This document shows, piece by piece, positions 38,712-52,479 of a stretch of DNA of 64,000 bases (the stretch's first letter is position 1; each line of letters starts with the position of its first letter). The notes below the pieces were generated by a model, which was not told where the DNA came from, ran no database searches, and was given only the letters and a program-made list of their open reading frames with translations. The stretch is from Rhizophagus irregularis (Eukaryota): assembly GCF_026210795.1 (NCBI RefSeq), contig NC_089435.1, forward strand, positions 4,402,001 to 4,466,000. Reading direction: 5' to 3'. A program made the translations under genes and the position numbers.

Positions 38712-41295
38712 ATGAATTACGGAAAATTTTTAGAATTTTTATTTATTTTTATAATTATTTTCGAAATTTTGTTTCTTTTTATTTATTCTTTTCTTGTAAA
38801 CTCTAAATTTTTATTATGGTCCACATTTCCATTCGTTTTTTTTAGTGGGTTATATGCAGTCTATAATAAAACCATAATATATTATATAGCATTTTTAATC
38901 ATAAACTTTATTCCATTTATATTAATGCTTTGCAATATCTTCAAATTTGATTATTATTATGGTAAAGATTTTTAGCATCTGCGTAAATATTAATTTTTAA
39001 TGAAAAAAAAATAAGTTATTAATTTTAAGTCTTTTTTATTGCATGATAAGCCATTATTGATTATGAGCTAAACGATTTAAGCGATGGAACAAATATTGAG
39101 TATTTAAGAAAAGTTTCGCGTGATAAAACTATAAAAAAGCAAAATAAATGAAAATACATTGAAGTATTATATACCTAAATATATGCCTGTGGTGATAATT
39201 TTGGGAATTTTTCAATTTATTTTTTGTATTTTATTATTAAAGATAAGGTATTTTTTATATTTTATCTGGGTAATTTATATCGTTAATTTTACGAATCACA
39301 ACCAATAAATCATTATTAGGTTACGGAAATGGAGTAAGCCGGAATCCAAATTGGATGGCGTTAAGAAAAGTATGCTGACTTTATAAATTAAATCCTTTCT
39401 ATGTCGCTATATTAATTTATTTTTATTAAACATATTAGATGTCTATATTATATACCAACTTGAAAAGATTTTACTTCTAATTACGATTTCGTTCCTTGGA
39501 ATTTGGATATTAATGACAGAAATATATGAAATATTTAATACAAATCTATTACTTTTCTATACGAAAGTTCCATATGAAAAAAATTTAGATATATTTCTTA
39601 ATATATTTGGCACTACTATAATTATTCCAATCTCAATTATTTTCATAGCGATACGAAGACGTTCAAGTAGTCTTTATTTATTATTTTGCATTTCAAGTGT
39701 AATTGAAGTGGGAATAATTATTTTCAGGTTACTATCGAGTTATCGTAAAGATTATGTGAGTTATAGAAAATTAAATATTGATCATTCTTACATGCGTGGT
39801 AATTAATAACTTTTAAATAGAATTCTTATTTTGATTATTTTATATTAATTTTATTAATTAATACATCCTAGATATCTTACTCAACATTGATAATAGTATT
39901 ATATATAGAATGAGGTTTTTTATCGGTAAGTATATTGACTGAGATGTTTTAATTAAATTAATATATTAACGTATCGTTATTATTATTATATAATCATTAT
40001 TTATTAGCTATACCCACATTGATTTTTCTAGTTATTTTAAATATTAACACATACTTATGTTATAAATGGATTGAAAGAAAATTTATTTCACAAAGTAAAA
40101 TTTCACATTTACATTTATTATTGTTATTATTTTTTATGCTAACTTATTTATTTGCTTTAGTATATGGATCAGATGAAGATAAATGGATTTTGCTAAAAAG
40201 AATTAAAATGTTTTTGAAAAGAATTTTCAAGAAATTTTTAATATTTTTGGAAATAAAGCCAGAGCCATATGACCGTTTAAAAGAATTGGGTGTCAATGCG
40301 TGGAAATTTGTACCTGAATCAAGAATTTTACTATTAAATATTGTACAGATTAAAGATGAAAACGACGAGATTGAAAACGTTGATAAAAAAAATGAAGGTA
40401 TTGTAAGCGATGAAAATGACAAAGATGATTATGATGATGGGACTGCAAACGATGAAAATGACAAAGATGTTGAGATTGTAGTCGAAAATACTGAAAACAA
40501 TAATAGTAACACGGTTGTAGGCGTTGAGAATAACAAAAATAATGAGTTTGCAGGCGTTAAAAATTACAAAAACGTTAAACTGAATAATATAATTGATTTT
40601 AAAGCTAAATCTGATGTAATGATACGGACAAATTATCCTTTACGTAATATGAGATCATTGGATTTGAGTAAGCACTATTAGTCTTATGATTGTAGTTTAT
40701 TATTCTATAACTTATTTCCTGCCACTTTCATTTCAAACATAACAACAGATGCTCAAGTTTCACCAGAAGAATATCGGTTTCTTTCGTCTCAAGTAAAATA
40801 TTGGTTTTATTACTATGAAATAACAATCTTGTCAAATTCGAATAAAGATAAAACAATAATTGCTATTGGTCTCGCCACAAAAAAATATCCAACCAACAGG
40901 TATTTATTTTTGTAAAAAAAAAAACCTTTTCATATTTAAATTAAGTGATTTCTAATCCTATTTTTTTAAGATTACCTGGTTGTAATACACATTCAGTTGG
41001 ATTTCATTCAGATGAAGGTAGAATATTCCACAATGAAAAGTATACTGGATCAAAATATAGTGATAAATGGGGAGAAGTAAATGATGTAATAGGTTGTGGT
41101 TATGTCCCAAATACTGGTCAAGTTTTTTTTACAATGAATGGTAAAAATTTGGGTGATGCTTATACCGGTCTATTTTATGATAAGTGGTATCCTACAATTG
41201 GTTCTAATGGTTTTTGTAGATTAAAAGTTAATTTTGGTAAAAAAGAATTTAAATATAAAGAAGCCAATGGTATGAGCGTTGCTGGTATAATTTAA
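38712..41295 (+). CDS. Multi-pass membrane protein with C-terminal SPRY domain (possible frameshift)
   Basis: Hydrophobic exons, then YYEITI..IAIGLAT..RLPG..SVGFHSDEGR..DVIGCGY..VFFTMNG..YPTIG..VNFG. Exon 2 stays open only if one A is removed from the run near 39135. Confidence 0.75.
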
Positions 41296-42794
41296 GAGTT
41301 ATTATTATTAATTGGTAGATGAAGTTAGATAAACATTCCTTAAACCATTTACTTTTTCAGATTTTGTTATTTTTTTTATAATATCTCGATTATACTTATA
41401 AAGTTTCATGCGTGTGGTTGTATTTTTGGTTGTTTAACGAACTGGGACACTTGGAAATAAAAAATGATAAAAATAAATATTTTAAAATTATAAAATATCA
41501 TTATTAATGAATATTTATTACACAAAAATTTGGTAAGGAGGAGTTTTTTCTTTGGATCTATTTTTTATCGAAACAATATTAACATTTCTTTTTTATTATT
41601 TTAGACTCCTTCTCTGTAGGAATCCGGCCCTGGTTTCGAAACATGGATCCTTGGTAAGTTTTCGAAATCTTTTGAAAACTTTACTACATTATTTTAAGAG
41701 TTATTTTACTAATTTCTTTTTTATTCTTTTATAGAATCCAATGTTCGATTTTGGGATTTATTATAAGTAGTTTTGGATTTTGTATTAAAGTTAATATGAT
41801 AAAAGTTCTTATTAAATAGTTGCAAGTGATTGGAATATTTAATGGAACCAATAGAGTTTAAGTAATCAGAATGAAAAGATATAATTGTGTGATTCTGTGT
41901 GATTTTTCCTTGCAAAAAAAAAATTTTTTATAGGTCTTGATTCTGAACTTATGGATTTATTTTAGTGTTATTTTTCAGCTTCGAAATTTGCTCAAAACTT
42001 TGCGCTTTTTTTTAATTTTAGAAATGGTTACTAACTTTTTCTTTCTATTTTTTTTTTGTAGGTTCCGGCATACAGTGAAAATTGTAAGTTTGAATTAAAC
42101 TATTTTTTATTTAAACGTTCTGTCTTTATTTGTAGGGATTTTGGGTGGAGCTTTTAAATTGAAAATACTTAGTTTCGTATGTATTGCAAAAATTTTTTTG
42201 TTCCTTTTTTTAAAAGAAATGTTATATTAACTGGACGTTTCTATCTCTTAATTTTGTAGGGACTTTGGATGGATGCTGCAATACTTTATTATTATTGACC
42301 GGATAGAGAAAATTGACCAGTCTATATTATTACAAATAATGGAGCAAATGTAATTTTAGAAATGATTTTGTGAGAAATATCCGTTTAATGTCATTTACTA
42401 AAACTTAACAATTTCAAAAAGGAACACAAACTAAATTTAATAAAATATTTACTATTTATTCACAAATTTGAAAATGCACGTTCTACGTTCTATTTACATT
42501 TTTACAATTTGTTTATACCGATTTTTTAGTACAACCGATTAAATCAGGTGTCGATTTCCTTAATATACTAATATGAAGTAACTTTATACATACGGTTTGC
42601 TTATACTTACCGTAACCATATCATGAAAATAATACGGTTTAAAAAAAATCGAAATGAAATGATTTTAAAAATATAAGTTTTTTATTAAAAAATTCGGTTT
42701 AATAAGAACCGAAAAAATAATTTGAAAAAAAAAGATCGATAAATAAAAACAAACGTTCTTATTTAAATTTATTTTACGTAATTGATCCCGCAAT

Positions 42795-43541
42795 TACGGT
42801 TGGACCCATCTAAAAAAATCTCTACCCGGGTCACCTTGCAGATGGACCCGGGTGGAAGCCGGGTCAACCCAACCCGTCAACCCACCCGCTACCCACCCGT
42901 AATCCATATAAAAAAATTACTATTTACATTCAGCTGTAGCACATTTTTAATTCAAGATGTACGATGTGGTGTAATTTTTTTGACCATTGATCAATATGCA
43001 ATTGATTTGAGTCTTTAAGTTGAATATCATCTGATACAATGCAACTTCATATTTCCAGTTCCACCATCATGCTTGTAACTTTTTACATTTATACTCTTCA
43101 CCATTTGAAATAAGTACTTTACAGATATCACGCCCATTTACAACCTGAAAATAATCTCAAACAAACTTGTTTTTTTAGTTTTTAGGTTAATTCGGATCTT
43201 TTTTTGCATGTGGTACTCCAATTATTTCTTCAAACTCTTTTTTTATATTTAAAGCATCAGAGAGTTTATTGCTTTCTTCATCTGTATATTCATCATTGTT
43301 TATTATTTATATTTACTGCATTAAAATTTTAAAAAATTTTTTGTGAATGAAGAGTGGCTGTGTGGAAAGTAATTCGATCATTTTATTAATAATTAATACT
43401 AAACGGGAACTTTACATTACAGGTGACTAAACAGGTGACCTGACGGCGACGGGTTGACCCACCTGTCTCCAAATTATTACCACCCGGATACCTATCCACC
43501 CGCGGTAACCCGGGTATAGTCCAACCTGGGTCCAATCCCTA
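42795..43541 (-). mobile_element. Internally deleted hAT derivative with a BED-finger remnant
   Basis: Ends ..GGTTGGACCC / GGGTCCAATCCCTA and ACCCG subterminal repeats. Minus-strand remnant DYFQVVNGRDICKV..YKHDGGTGNMKLH at ~43040-43170. No clean TSD. Confidence 0.65.
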
Positions 43542-44263
43542 TTGCAGAATTGCTTAATTATTTATGAAAAAAAAAAAACGGTTCGACGTTTTTTTTTTAC
43601 TGTAAAATAATTAAATAAACAAAACGCCGAACCGTTTTTTTAAAATATTTACAATTAATTGTGGTACCGCAAATTAGTAATTGCAGATTATTTGCGAGAT
43701 TGCGGTAACGGGTCGCAGCTCTAATTATATATCCTTTATTTCCTTATTCAGTTTTCACATTATTAGTTTACATATAAAGTGGCTTTGAAATTTTAACATG
43801 ACGCAATGTAGAAAAGTTTAAAGTGGCTTTGAAAATTTTAAAATGGCGCAATGTAGAAATACTTGACAAAAATACTCTTGTACGCCTCATCATTGATAAT
43901 AATATGAAAAAGTATAATTTAAATTAATTTGAAATACGCGTTATTATAAAAAATTTTCTTATATTCACTTTGAGAAGAGAAGAGAAAATTTCTTTAAAAA
44001 CAAATAAACAAACTACAAATTAAAAAATTGTAAATAACACACGCAAAATCAATCATGCAATTAAAACACTTATTGTTGATTTTCGTCTTTACTATTGTTT
44101 TAGCGAGTAAATAATCACCTTAAAAAAAAATTTTCTTTTTTACTAAATGAATTCTTAATAATAATTTGATTCATTATATTGACACAGATGCAGCACCATT
44201 TGATCCTAACAATAAGATGGCCTCAGATGTAGATTGCATATCAACAGACTTTGAGAATTGTTA

Positions 44264-44499
44264 CCGTATAACAGGGGCGGTATGATACAGATTTCAGAGG
44301 TTTTGACCTTATACCCCCCACCATTGCGTGAGTTTTATTATTAGTAGATATGTATAAAACTTATATAATAATTGGGTATTTATCATGAGTAATACCTAGG
44401 TATTATTAAAGTATTTTAAATAATAAATCGGTAGAAAATGGGAGTTCTTTTTTGTAGGGTACTGTGCATGGGGGGGGTACTGTGGCCCGCAAAATACGG
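44264..44499. mobile_element. Possible Tc1/mariner-type MITE
   Basis: TA|CCGTAT ... ATACGG|TA with inner TACCCCCC / GGGGGGTA. The TIR is otherwise weak. Confidence 0.45.
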
Positions 44500-44641
44500 T
44501 ATTTCGTCAAACACTACTGATCTACTGCATTTTGGTAGAACATTTTAATAAAGAAGCTCGATTATCTATAATTGAAAATTAATTTGTAAAAACTAATAAA
44601 TTACCTTTTACCGATCGTGCTCGTCATGATAGTCTTTTCGG

Positions 44642-45083
44642 GCACGTCTGAAATGTGTCAGGTTGACGGCGCAGTGTGGCGCAGTAATTTCAAAAAATCT
44701 AAGTTAAAGATTTTCTTTTCAATATAATGATTTCAAATTTACACATTAGATATATTTTCATCTGTTTTACAAAATTCACTTATAAATGGAAGGAGGTTTT
44801 AGAAGTAGATTTTGACTTTAGTATATAACAACTGATTTCATTGTCTTTGCCGATCATTTCCAAAATTGGATTTGTCAAAAAATCGGTTTTTGTTAAATAA
44901 CTCGAAAATGGCCTTCTAAACCGCCCGCATATACTCTAAGTAAATTTGCAGTGCGGATGAAAATACATCTAGTGCAGGAATTTAAAGGTTTTATTTTAAA
45001 TAAAAAAATTGCAATTTATTTTTTTTTTGGAAAAATCGCTGCGCCACACTGCGCCGTCAACCTGACACACATTTCAGATGTGC
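44642..45083. mobile_element. Mutator-type MITE
   Basis: Long TIRs GCACGTCTGAAATGTGTCAGGTTGACGGCGCAGTGTGGCGCAG and a perfect 9-bp TSD TCTTTTCGG (44633-44641, 45084-45092). Confidence 0.9.
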
Positions 45084-45953
45084 TCTTTTCGGCTGTAAAA
45101 TATATAATGAGCTAGAAGCATCAAAGCGCTAGATGAAAATGTGTTTACTGAATTGTGACATAAAATATCACATTCGATTAGTATGTGTGTGTATTGAATA
45201 GTACGAAAAATTTTTGTGCCATACTAAAAATTATGTGACTTTACTCTCACTTATTCTTTTTATCGGCAACTGTATATATTTCGAACCTGGCGCAATGATA
45301 AAACAAAAAAATAGATAAATGGCGATTACACTTATACATGCATGTATATAATAAAAGCATTCTTATTAATTTGTTTTATTTAGAATTATTAAAAAATCAA
45401 TGAAATCATTTCTATTATAATCTTTTTTTATTCAATTTGAATTGACCGATTCATGATCAATACGAATACAGAGCCACAATATTATGGTAGTAAAATATAT
45501 AGTATACTAGTATTCATAATTATAAATTCAAATATATATATTATCATTGAAACATTTGATCGATATTTCAAGTTGTTGATTCAATTTGCTCATCCCATAC
45601 AAAGAGTAATTAATCTAAATAACAACCTCTTTCTCAAAGTGTTTATATAAGAAAATTTTTTTATAATAAGTATTTCAAATTACTTTAAAATTACATTTTT
45701 TCATATTATTATTAATGATGAAGCGTGCAAGAATATTTTTGCTACGTTTTTCTACATTGTGCCGCCGTGTTAAAATTTTCAAAGCCATTTTAAATTAATA
45801 ATGTGAAAATGAGGGAGAAGTAAGGGATGTGTATAAGCGTATTTTGCCATGTTTTTCTGTGTTGCGCCATGTTCAATTAAAATTGATATATAAAATAATT
45901 TGAATTGTATAACATGGAAACACTATGGAAACGCGTGATATGTCTGCGCCTGA

Positions 45954-46178
45954 TCTACTCCGTGATTTTTGTGGGTTTCAGTTTTTTTTAGTTTATTAAT
46001 CATTAGTTCTATTTGGTGACAATGCCCGTGATAAAATAGTTTACTATTTTAACATCAAAACTAATCTGGGACAGGTTTTACTTATGTAAAAAAAAACAAA
46101 GTTCGTTTTTAACAAAATGTTTTTTTTACATACTCCTGATATTTTAGCCGTAACCCGTCGCGTTGCGCCGGGAAATAG
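45954..46178 (+). mobile_element. Possible short non-autonomous Helitron
   Basis: A|TCTACT start. 3' GC hairpin CCCGTCGCGTTGCGCCGGG followed by ATAG|T (canonical end is CTRR|T). Confidence 0.45.
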
Positions 46179-46489
46179 TATATTAATTGCATATTATTAT
46201 AGTATTATGTATTGAAAAGAAAATTTTGATTTATGTTTAGAAATTTTGTTACTTATATAATAATTAGAAATTTGAAGAATTGAAAGTAAATAAATAATTC
46301 AAAATAAAATAAATAATAAAATTAAATTAAATAAAAATTTAAAAAGGTGAAAAAAAAACCTAAGAAAGGAGTCTGAAAGGTAGTCAGTACTACCCTTAGA
46401 AAAAATTTTTTATATAGAAAAATTCTTTTATATATTAGAAAAATTTTTTGAATGTTAATAAACTGAAAAATGTATAGAACATTTTATAA

Positions 46490-47270
46490 TAATATTGAAG
46501 AACTGGGCGTAAATCGGCAAAATGTAAACACCGATAACGTTGAAAAGATTATGAATATCTCCTAAACCGAATTTGGTATAAGGTTAAACAGATAGTGGAG
46601 ATAAAACCTGAAACAGCAAAAAATTTCTATTCTTTAGAGGGAAATTCAAAAAATTCACAAACTCGAAAAATTAAAAATCCAGTAACAATAAAGCCAAAGG
46701 TAATATTTGTTTCAAGTAAATATTTTATTTATTAATTAATAATTTTTATTTTAAATGATAATCAAGGACGCGTTCAAAAAAAGAATCAAAAGTGGGATTG
46801 AATTGAAACCACTAGACCTTCTAAAAGGGCTGCATTAACATCTCGTCAACAAAATACATCTCAGATCAATGAAGAAGAAAAGGAAAATAATCCTCAAGGT
46901 TTGGTCAAATACAAATTCTTTTAAAAAAATTTTCTTGTTAAAATTTAATGATTATTCTAAATATAAAATAATTCCGGAAAAGAAAACGAGCCTATAAATT
47001 TGTTACATTCAGAAAGTTTAGGCGAAATTCATTTAATTATTTTTTTTTTGTTTTTTTTTATTATTTTTATATATTAAATTAAAAAAAAAAACAATTCAAG
47101 CAAAGAAGATAATTCTATTGATACGCCACCTTCTTCTTCAGGTTTGTTACTTTTTTTCGAGAAAATTAAATATATAAAATATAACAAATACTGATGTTAA
47201 ATTTGAAGATCGCAAGTTATTTTGTGAAATTCACTATGATGAAACAAGAAGAAAATAACTTTTAATATGC
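46490..47270 (+). pseudogene. Decayed spliced gene fragment, possibly a Mutator transposase C-terminus
   Basis: Broken exons reading IKNPVTIKPK/GR..KRIKSGIE, with stops and mutated splice sites. Confidence 0.4.
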
Positions 47271-47734
47271 GGTATTACTTTATTCTTCATTTCTTAAAAA
47301 TAGTTCGGCCTGTTTGTTCTTAGTTTATAAGGGGATAGTTTTGGGAAGTCGGATTTATTAGATATTTAAGATTATGGTAGTTGGTAGCAAGAAATATATT
47401 GTATGGAAGTGTATAGCGCACCATAGTATCAAAATGAAATTTGGTATCGTGCAAAATTTCTTAAAGTGAGATAAATGAAAAAATTCGGTTGAATTTTTAG
47501 TTAGTTAATACACACTCGTGCGAATTTTTTCTTTTAATAAAAAAGTATCGTGTGGACCAATCAAATTCTGAGAGGTACAGGTTAAGAATCTGCACCCCCG
47601 GGTACAGGATAATGGGGTATAGGTTAAGGAAGACGGGTCACGTGACTCACTTATAGTAACTGGGAAATTATATTACGTAAGTATCTGCGGTTTTAAGATA
47701 ATTTCAAAATAAATCTCCCTATTTTGTTTACGCA

Positions 47735-48833
47735 ATGGCCTCAACTTCTGGCAATGCAGAAGGTTAGGCTCACAGTGAAAAGTTTATAATTCTATATTTG
47801 ATACTGTTTATTAAATATCAACGTACGTTTTTAGATACAGCCCGTTGCTTACTTCACTTGTTCTCGAGCTCGTTCTCAGGTTCTCCTGACTACAAGTACA
47901 CAAGAAACCAAAGAACTTGTTTTAGCTAAAGATCGCTTGCTTGCAAAAGGACTTGATTTGGCCAAAGATCGCTTGCTTGCATTACCTCAAGAAGAATCAG
48001 AAAAATATACAGGATCAAGGGAGCTCGTTTTAAGAGAAAATGTATCACTTGATGCCTATCTAAAATATCGTGAACGTGACCCAGATCTTTCAGTACTCAT
48101 ATACTTAGACAATGGAACAATCAAAGCGTATGAATTACCTACCTTTCCTCATTCAAGAGTATCAGCAACAATCAAAGTTTCAATGGGCGCATGGAATCGT
48201 GCGGATTTGGTGTACGGAGATGATGTGACTCTGATTCTAGGTGCAAATAGTTCGAAAGAGCCAGATTCATGGGTTCGACCAAAATATCGTATTAGGCCAG
48301 GACCCGGTGCGCCAGCAGCAAATAATCTAGGAGCAGCATACCCCACGATGATTATCGAAGTTGGTCACAGTCAGAGTCTTCTCGATCTTCATAGAAAAGT
48401 AGCTCTATATTTTTCTCCACGAACCACCATCCAAATCGTATTATTGGTCAAGATTTTTAAGCCTAAAGGAAACAATACCATTACACTAATTGTGGCAAAA
48501 TACGTTCGTACAAGCCAGACTCCACTGATTCCGAAACAAGTTATCTCTTTTGGTACGGCGACTCCACATCAGTCAACTATAAATTATATTACCAATACCA
48601 TGGGAGTACCTCAGAATTGCTTTATTGGATTTGGCAGAAGAGACCCAGTTACTGGAAACAACTACCCTGCTTGTAACATGGCCAATATTGGGTTATATCT
48701 CATGAATATTCCAGCCAATGAACTCTTTGATGGAGATAGTACCGTTCGCCCTTTCACTCAAGCAATAAATCAAGGATTTAATTTGGATCTTTATGAGATT
48801 CAGGAAGCAATACGTAACGAATTTAACATTTAA
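47735..48833 (+). CDS. Uma2-like PD-(D/E)XK putative endonuclease
   Basis: ELPTFPHSRV, KEPDSWVRP, PTMIIEVGHSQSLLDLHRK. One 5' intron (~47763-47835). The start codon is uncertain; the ATG at 47735 is out of phase and the one near 47754 is in phase. Confidence 0.75.
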
Positions 48834-49394
48834 GTTTCACCAAAGAACTTTAGTTTGCTAATGCTAATGCTTAATATAAAATATTTTTTTATACCGTTAT
48901 TAATTTGTAAATTTTTTTATTAGATTTTATTAGACATTGTAGAACATTTTTTTTGCAGTAAATTTAGCTTAATTCTAATATTTGATAAAAATGGATTTAT
49001 TTAGCTTTATGTTATATATAGCAAAGCAATAAAATACATTTACCCACGCTATACATGTTTTTCGTCATCTTTCTGAACATGCATGATGCTTTGGCAATCT
49101 TATTAATGCATTGGTATCTTTGAAAGAAATGGTTCATCAAATATATAAAAGTTATGTAAACTGTATGTGTTAACGTGTATTGATTCTCATATTTTTGATC
49201 TTGGCAGAAGATTTGTTCTGATGAAAGTACTGATGAAATCATTGCCAACCAAGAATGCGCGTGAATTGCGTGATTTACAATTATTAGTCACAAAAATTTC
49301 TCCGCGAAATGGTAATATCTATACTGTACAACAAGAAATTATTTTTTACCTGAACTCCTGAAGATCTTGTCCTCAAGACACCATACTTCCTCTA

Positions 49395-49617
49395 CTGTAG
49401 GGCAAGTAGTTGAATCACAGTTAATTGGTTCACACAAAAGTTAGATGCCATGTGCACACGTTGAAGTTGTAAGATCATGGTTATCCTAATAGAAGAGGTG
49501 TATGGATGCTAACCCTTCCTGTAGGGCAAGTAGTTGAATCAAAGTTTAATTGGTTTACACGAAAGTTGGATGCCATGTGCACATGTTGAAATTGTAAGGT
49601 CATGGTTATCCTAATAG
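49395..49617. repeat. Direct repeat, 2 x ~98 bp
   Basis: 49395-49492 and 49519-49617 (CTGTAGGGCAAGTAGTTGAATC...GGTTATCCTAATAG). Confidence 0.9.
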
Positions 49618-51067
49618 GCTGGATACATAGTCTTGATGTTTGGAAGATTTAAGAATTGCCAATCAAAGACTAAGACATATTATTCAAGAAGCTACACAAT
49701 TAACTATTGAAAAACAGGAATTAGAAAATAATATTTCAATTGCAGATAATTGAATTTATTACTTGAGCTTTTTATTCGTATTACATAATATTAATCATTC
49801 GAAACAGAAACTACTTACTAATACATTTACTTCAGATAAGAATTTTATTTACACAAATTTTGCCAAGAAAATTTTTTGATCAGTCCTGGTGTTGGGAAAA
49901 ACTTTATTAATTTTTCAATAATTTCTTTGTTCTCTCTTTTTTAAGAAGTTTGACGCTTAATTTATTTCTATCACTATTGCTAACTATGAGATTCTCACCC
50001 CACACTCTTTTATTATACTAGATTTCCGAAATAAATTTTCCCACACATATCTACAGAATTTTCGTTTATCTATCACTCTCACCCGCAGACAGTATAAAAA
50101 ATTATTTTCCGCAAGAAAACTTCTCTGGGATTAAGTAACTTCGAATCTACAAGCATAAATTCGGGAGATTAGCAACCGATGTAATAAAAAAATAATATTT
50201 CTGATTCACACTTACCACTACGATTCATTTTCACAACATTCCATTCCGCCTTGTATTTAGGAAATTTGTTGATTAGAGCATTAAGTTAGCCAAGCAATAA
50301 ACAACTTTATTATTACTTTGCGGAAAATATGAGTTCGTTTGATTGTTAATATCAATGATTTTAATAATGGTAAGCTTGATTGGTTTGTTTTACTTGTGCA
50401 AGGCGGATAAAAGGATTCATTAACAGGGACATCACCTTTTTATACAATTTGCAGGATCGATCATGGAATACACTTTGGGGAAAAATTATGTTAATATGAT
50501 CACATCACAAAAATCTGATCAACGGACTCTCCTTAATTTAACAATAAAAGAATTTAACGCTATCCACATGTAAAGATCATCAAGGGATTCTTTTACAATA
50601 ATATACGTAATAATTTTGAGAATATGCAAGAAAGTTTTCCTGGATCTTCACTGGCAATCTTATTGCCCAATAATTTGCCAATCCAGATTTCCTAAATTAC
50701 CATGTGTCAATATATATATGTACGCTCGAACAATAAAAAATTAGTATATATGATCTAAAGATTGTTACCAATCGCCACGAGAAAAATATTTTACTACGTC
50801 AGGTCATTTAGCACCCTAAATGTTTTTTATTTGCAATACATTGAGCCCTCCTTTGATGCTACGCATCTGCAGGAGATAACCTATTCTAATGGGGTTTCTT
50901 TTTTTTTGAATTTATGAGAAAAAAGGGCTTTTTTTCTTTAAGGCAAAAAGTTCGAGACGTAGTCCATGATATATGATAATCGTGAATCAGGATCTACCGA
51001 CTAATAATGACTAATAATATTAATGACGTATTACCAAGGTATTACTGCGCGTGATATACCCTTTTCA

Positions 51068-51406
51068 GAGCAGTAATCCCGGCAAAAGTATCATTCTTGA
51101 TAGATATGCAGGAGAATCTTGATATGCATAATATATTTTACAGTAAAGTCTATCAAGAATAATACCTCATGTCTATCAAGAATGATACTTTTGCGTAATC
51201 CCGCACCTGTGGTGTAACCAGACTTTACTATTTTTAGTAACAGAAACCCGTCCAATGTGTGACAATAAGGTGTGACAAATAGAGATCAGACTGCAAAAAA
51301 TTTTCTAAGTCGCTGAGATAAATATAAACAACGCGTTCCTCACGGTCACGTGACATGTGACAATAAACATCACCTCAGTTATACCACGGGTGCGGGATTA
51401 TAGATC
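51068..51406. mobile_element. Mutator-type MITE
   Basis: 9-bp TSD CCCTTTTCA (51059-51067, 51407-51415). TIR core TAATCCCGCACCTGTGGTGTAAC / GTTATACCACGGGTGCGGGATTA. Confidence 0.8.
51082..51194. mobile_element. 113-bp Mutator-type mini-MITE inserted in the left TIR of the previous element
   Basis: TIR GCAAAAGTATCATTCTTGATAGA and 9-bp TSD GTAATCCCG. Confidence 0.88.
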
Positions 51407-51696
51407 CCCTTTTCAATAGCTAAGCCACCCACGTGATTCGAAAAAAGATAGCCCTGATTTACACCCTTAAATAATTGGTTGCTGATGCGGTCAGCGGTCA
51501 GGGACGATGATTTTCTGTGGCAACAAAATATTAATTCCGTCTGCGCTAAAACTGCATACTGTGCATTAAAAAATACATTATTCTGCAAACTTTTTGTTAT
51601 AATATTTATGTATTCTGCATAATTCTGTGAAACTTTATTATAATTTTTCAGTTATATACATGCGCAAAAACATATTCTTACTACAAATAAATGATC

Positions 51697-52032
51697 TCAC
51701 TGTTTTAAACTACTGTTAAAGTAAAGTATATTTAAACTGGATAAAGACTCCATAGATAAATTTTGCCAATTATCATCTAAAATCGAATTATATTTAGAAA
51801 AACTTCTTTCTACACTACAAGAAGAAATTGGTAACCATATATAGTCTAATGCAATTTGGGATAAAAGGGGTAAACTTTCGGCAATATTTAACCAATATTC
51901 ATCTAAAGTTGTCTCCATTAAATTTACATCAATCGTAGATCTACAATAAATTGCCCATTCATCTAATAAATTATTAGATGGATTGTCTAATTCTATAATT
52001 ATACTACAGTATATTGACGTATATCTTTTCAT
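51697..52032 (-). pseudogene. hAT transposase C-terminal (dimerisation domain) fragment
   Basis: YW....PLLSQIALDYIWLPISSCSVERSFS; 5'-truncated. Confidence 0.8.
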
Positions 52033-52479
52033 GTAATATCACCAAGATGAATGAATTTTGGTTCAAAAATTTGGCATGCATGAAAAAGAGGGTGTCCAGG
52101 ATGAGAAGGAATATGTATTGCAAATTTTTCATATACCACGCTATACTTGTAGCCGAAACCTCTCAAGGGTATGGCCGAATCCGAAAGTCCGAAACTCTAG
52201 TCCGAAACTAATACCGAAATCTGAAACTCTGGCCGAAACTTTATATAAGCCAAAATTAATTTTTAAATTTTATACTATAGGCCAAAACCTAAGAATGCAT
52301 TTGTTTATTTATTTTATTATTCTTATTACTAATTATGATTACATTAATGATATTATTGTTATAATATAAGCTAAAAATTACTAAAAAATAAACTAAAAAT
52401 TATAAAAAATTACTAAAGATTAAAATTCACTATATATAAAATTGCTAAAATATTAAAATTAAAATAAAATCAATAAAAT

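Larger units (their letters stand above)
43725..45836. mobile_element. Non-autonomous element with ~220-250-bp imperfect TIRs
   Basis: 43725-43980 aligns with the reverse complement of ~45625-45836. Confidence 0.75.

Noticed and set aside
52135..52146. TACCACGCTATA matching the Polinton terminal repeat unit
   Set aside because: It is a single 12-mer with no flanking similarity and lies in an unrelated fragment, so it is probably chance.
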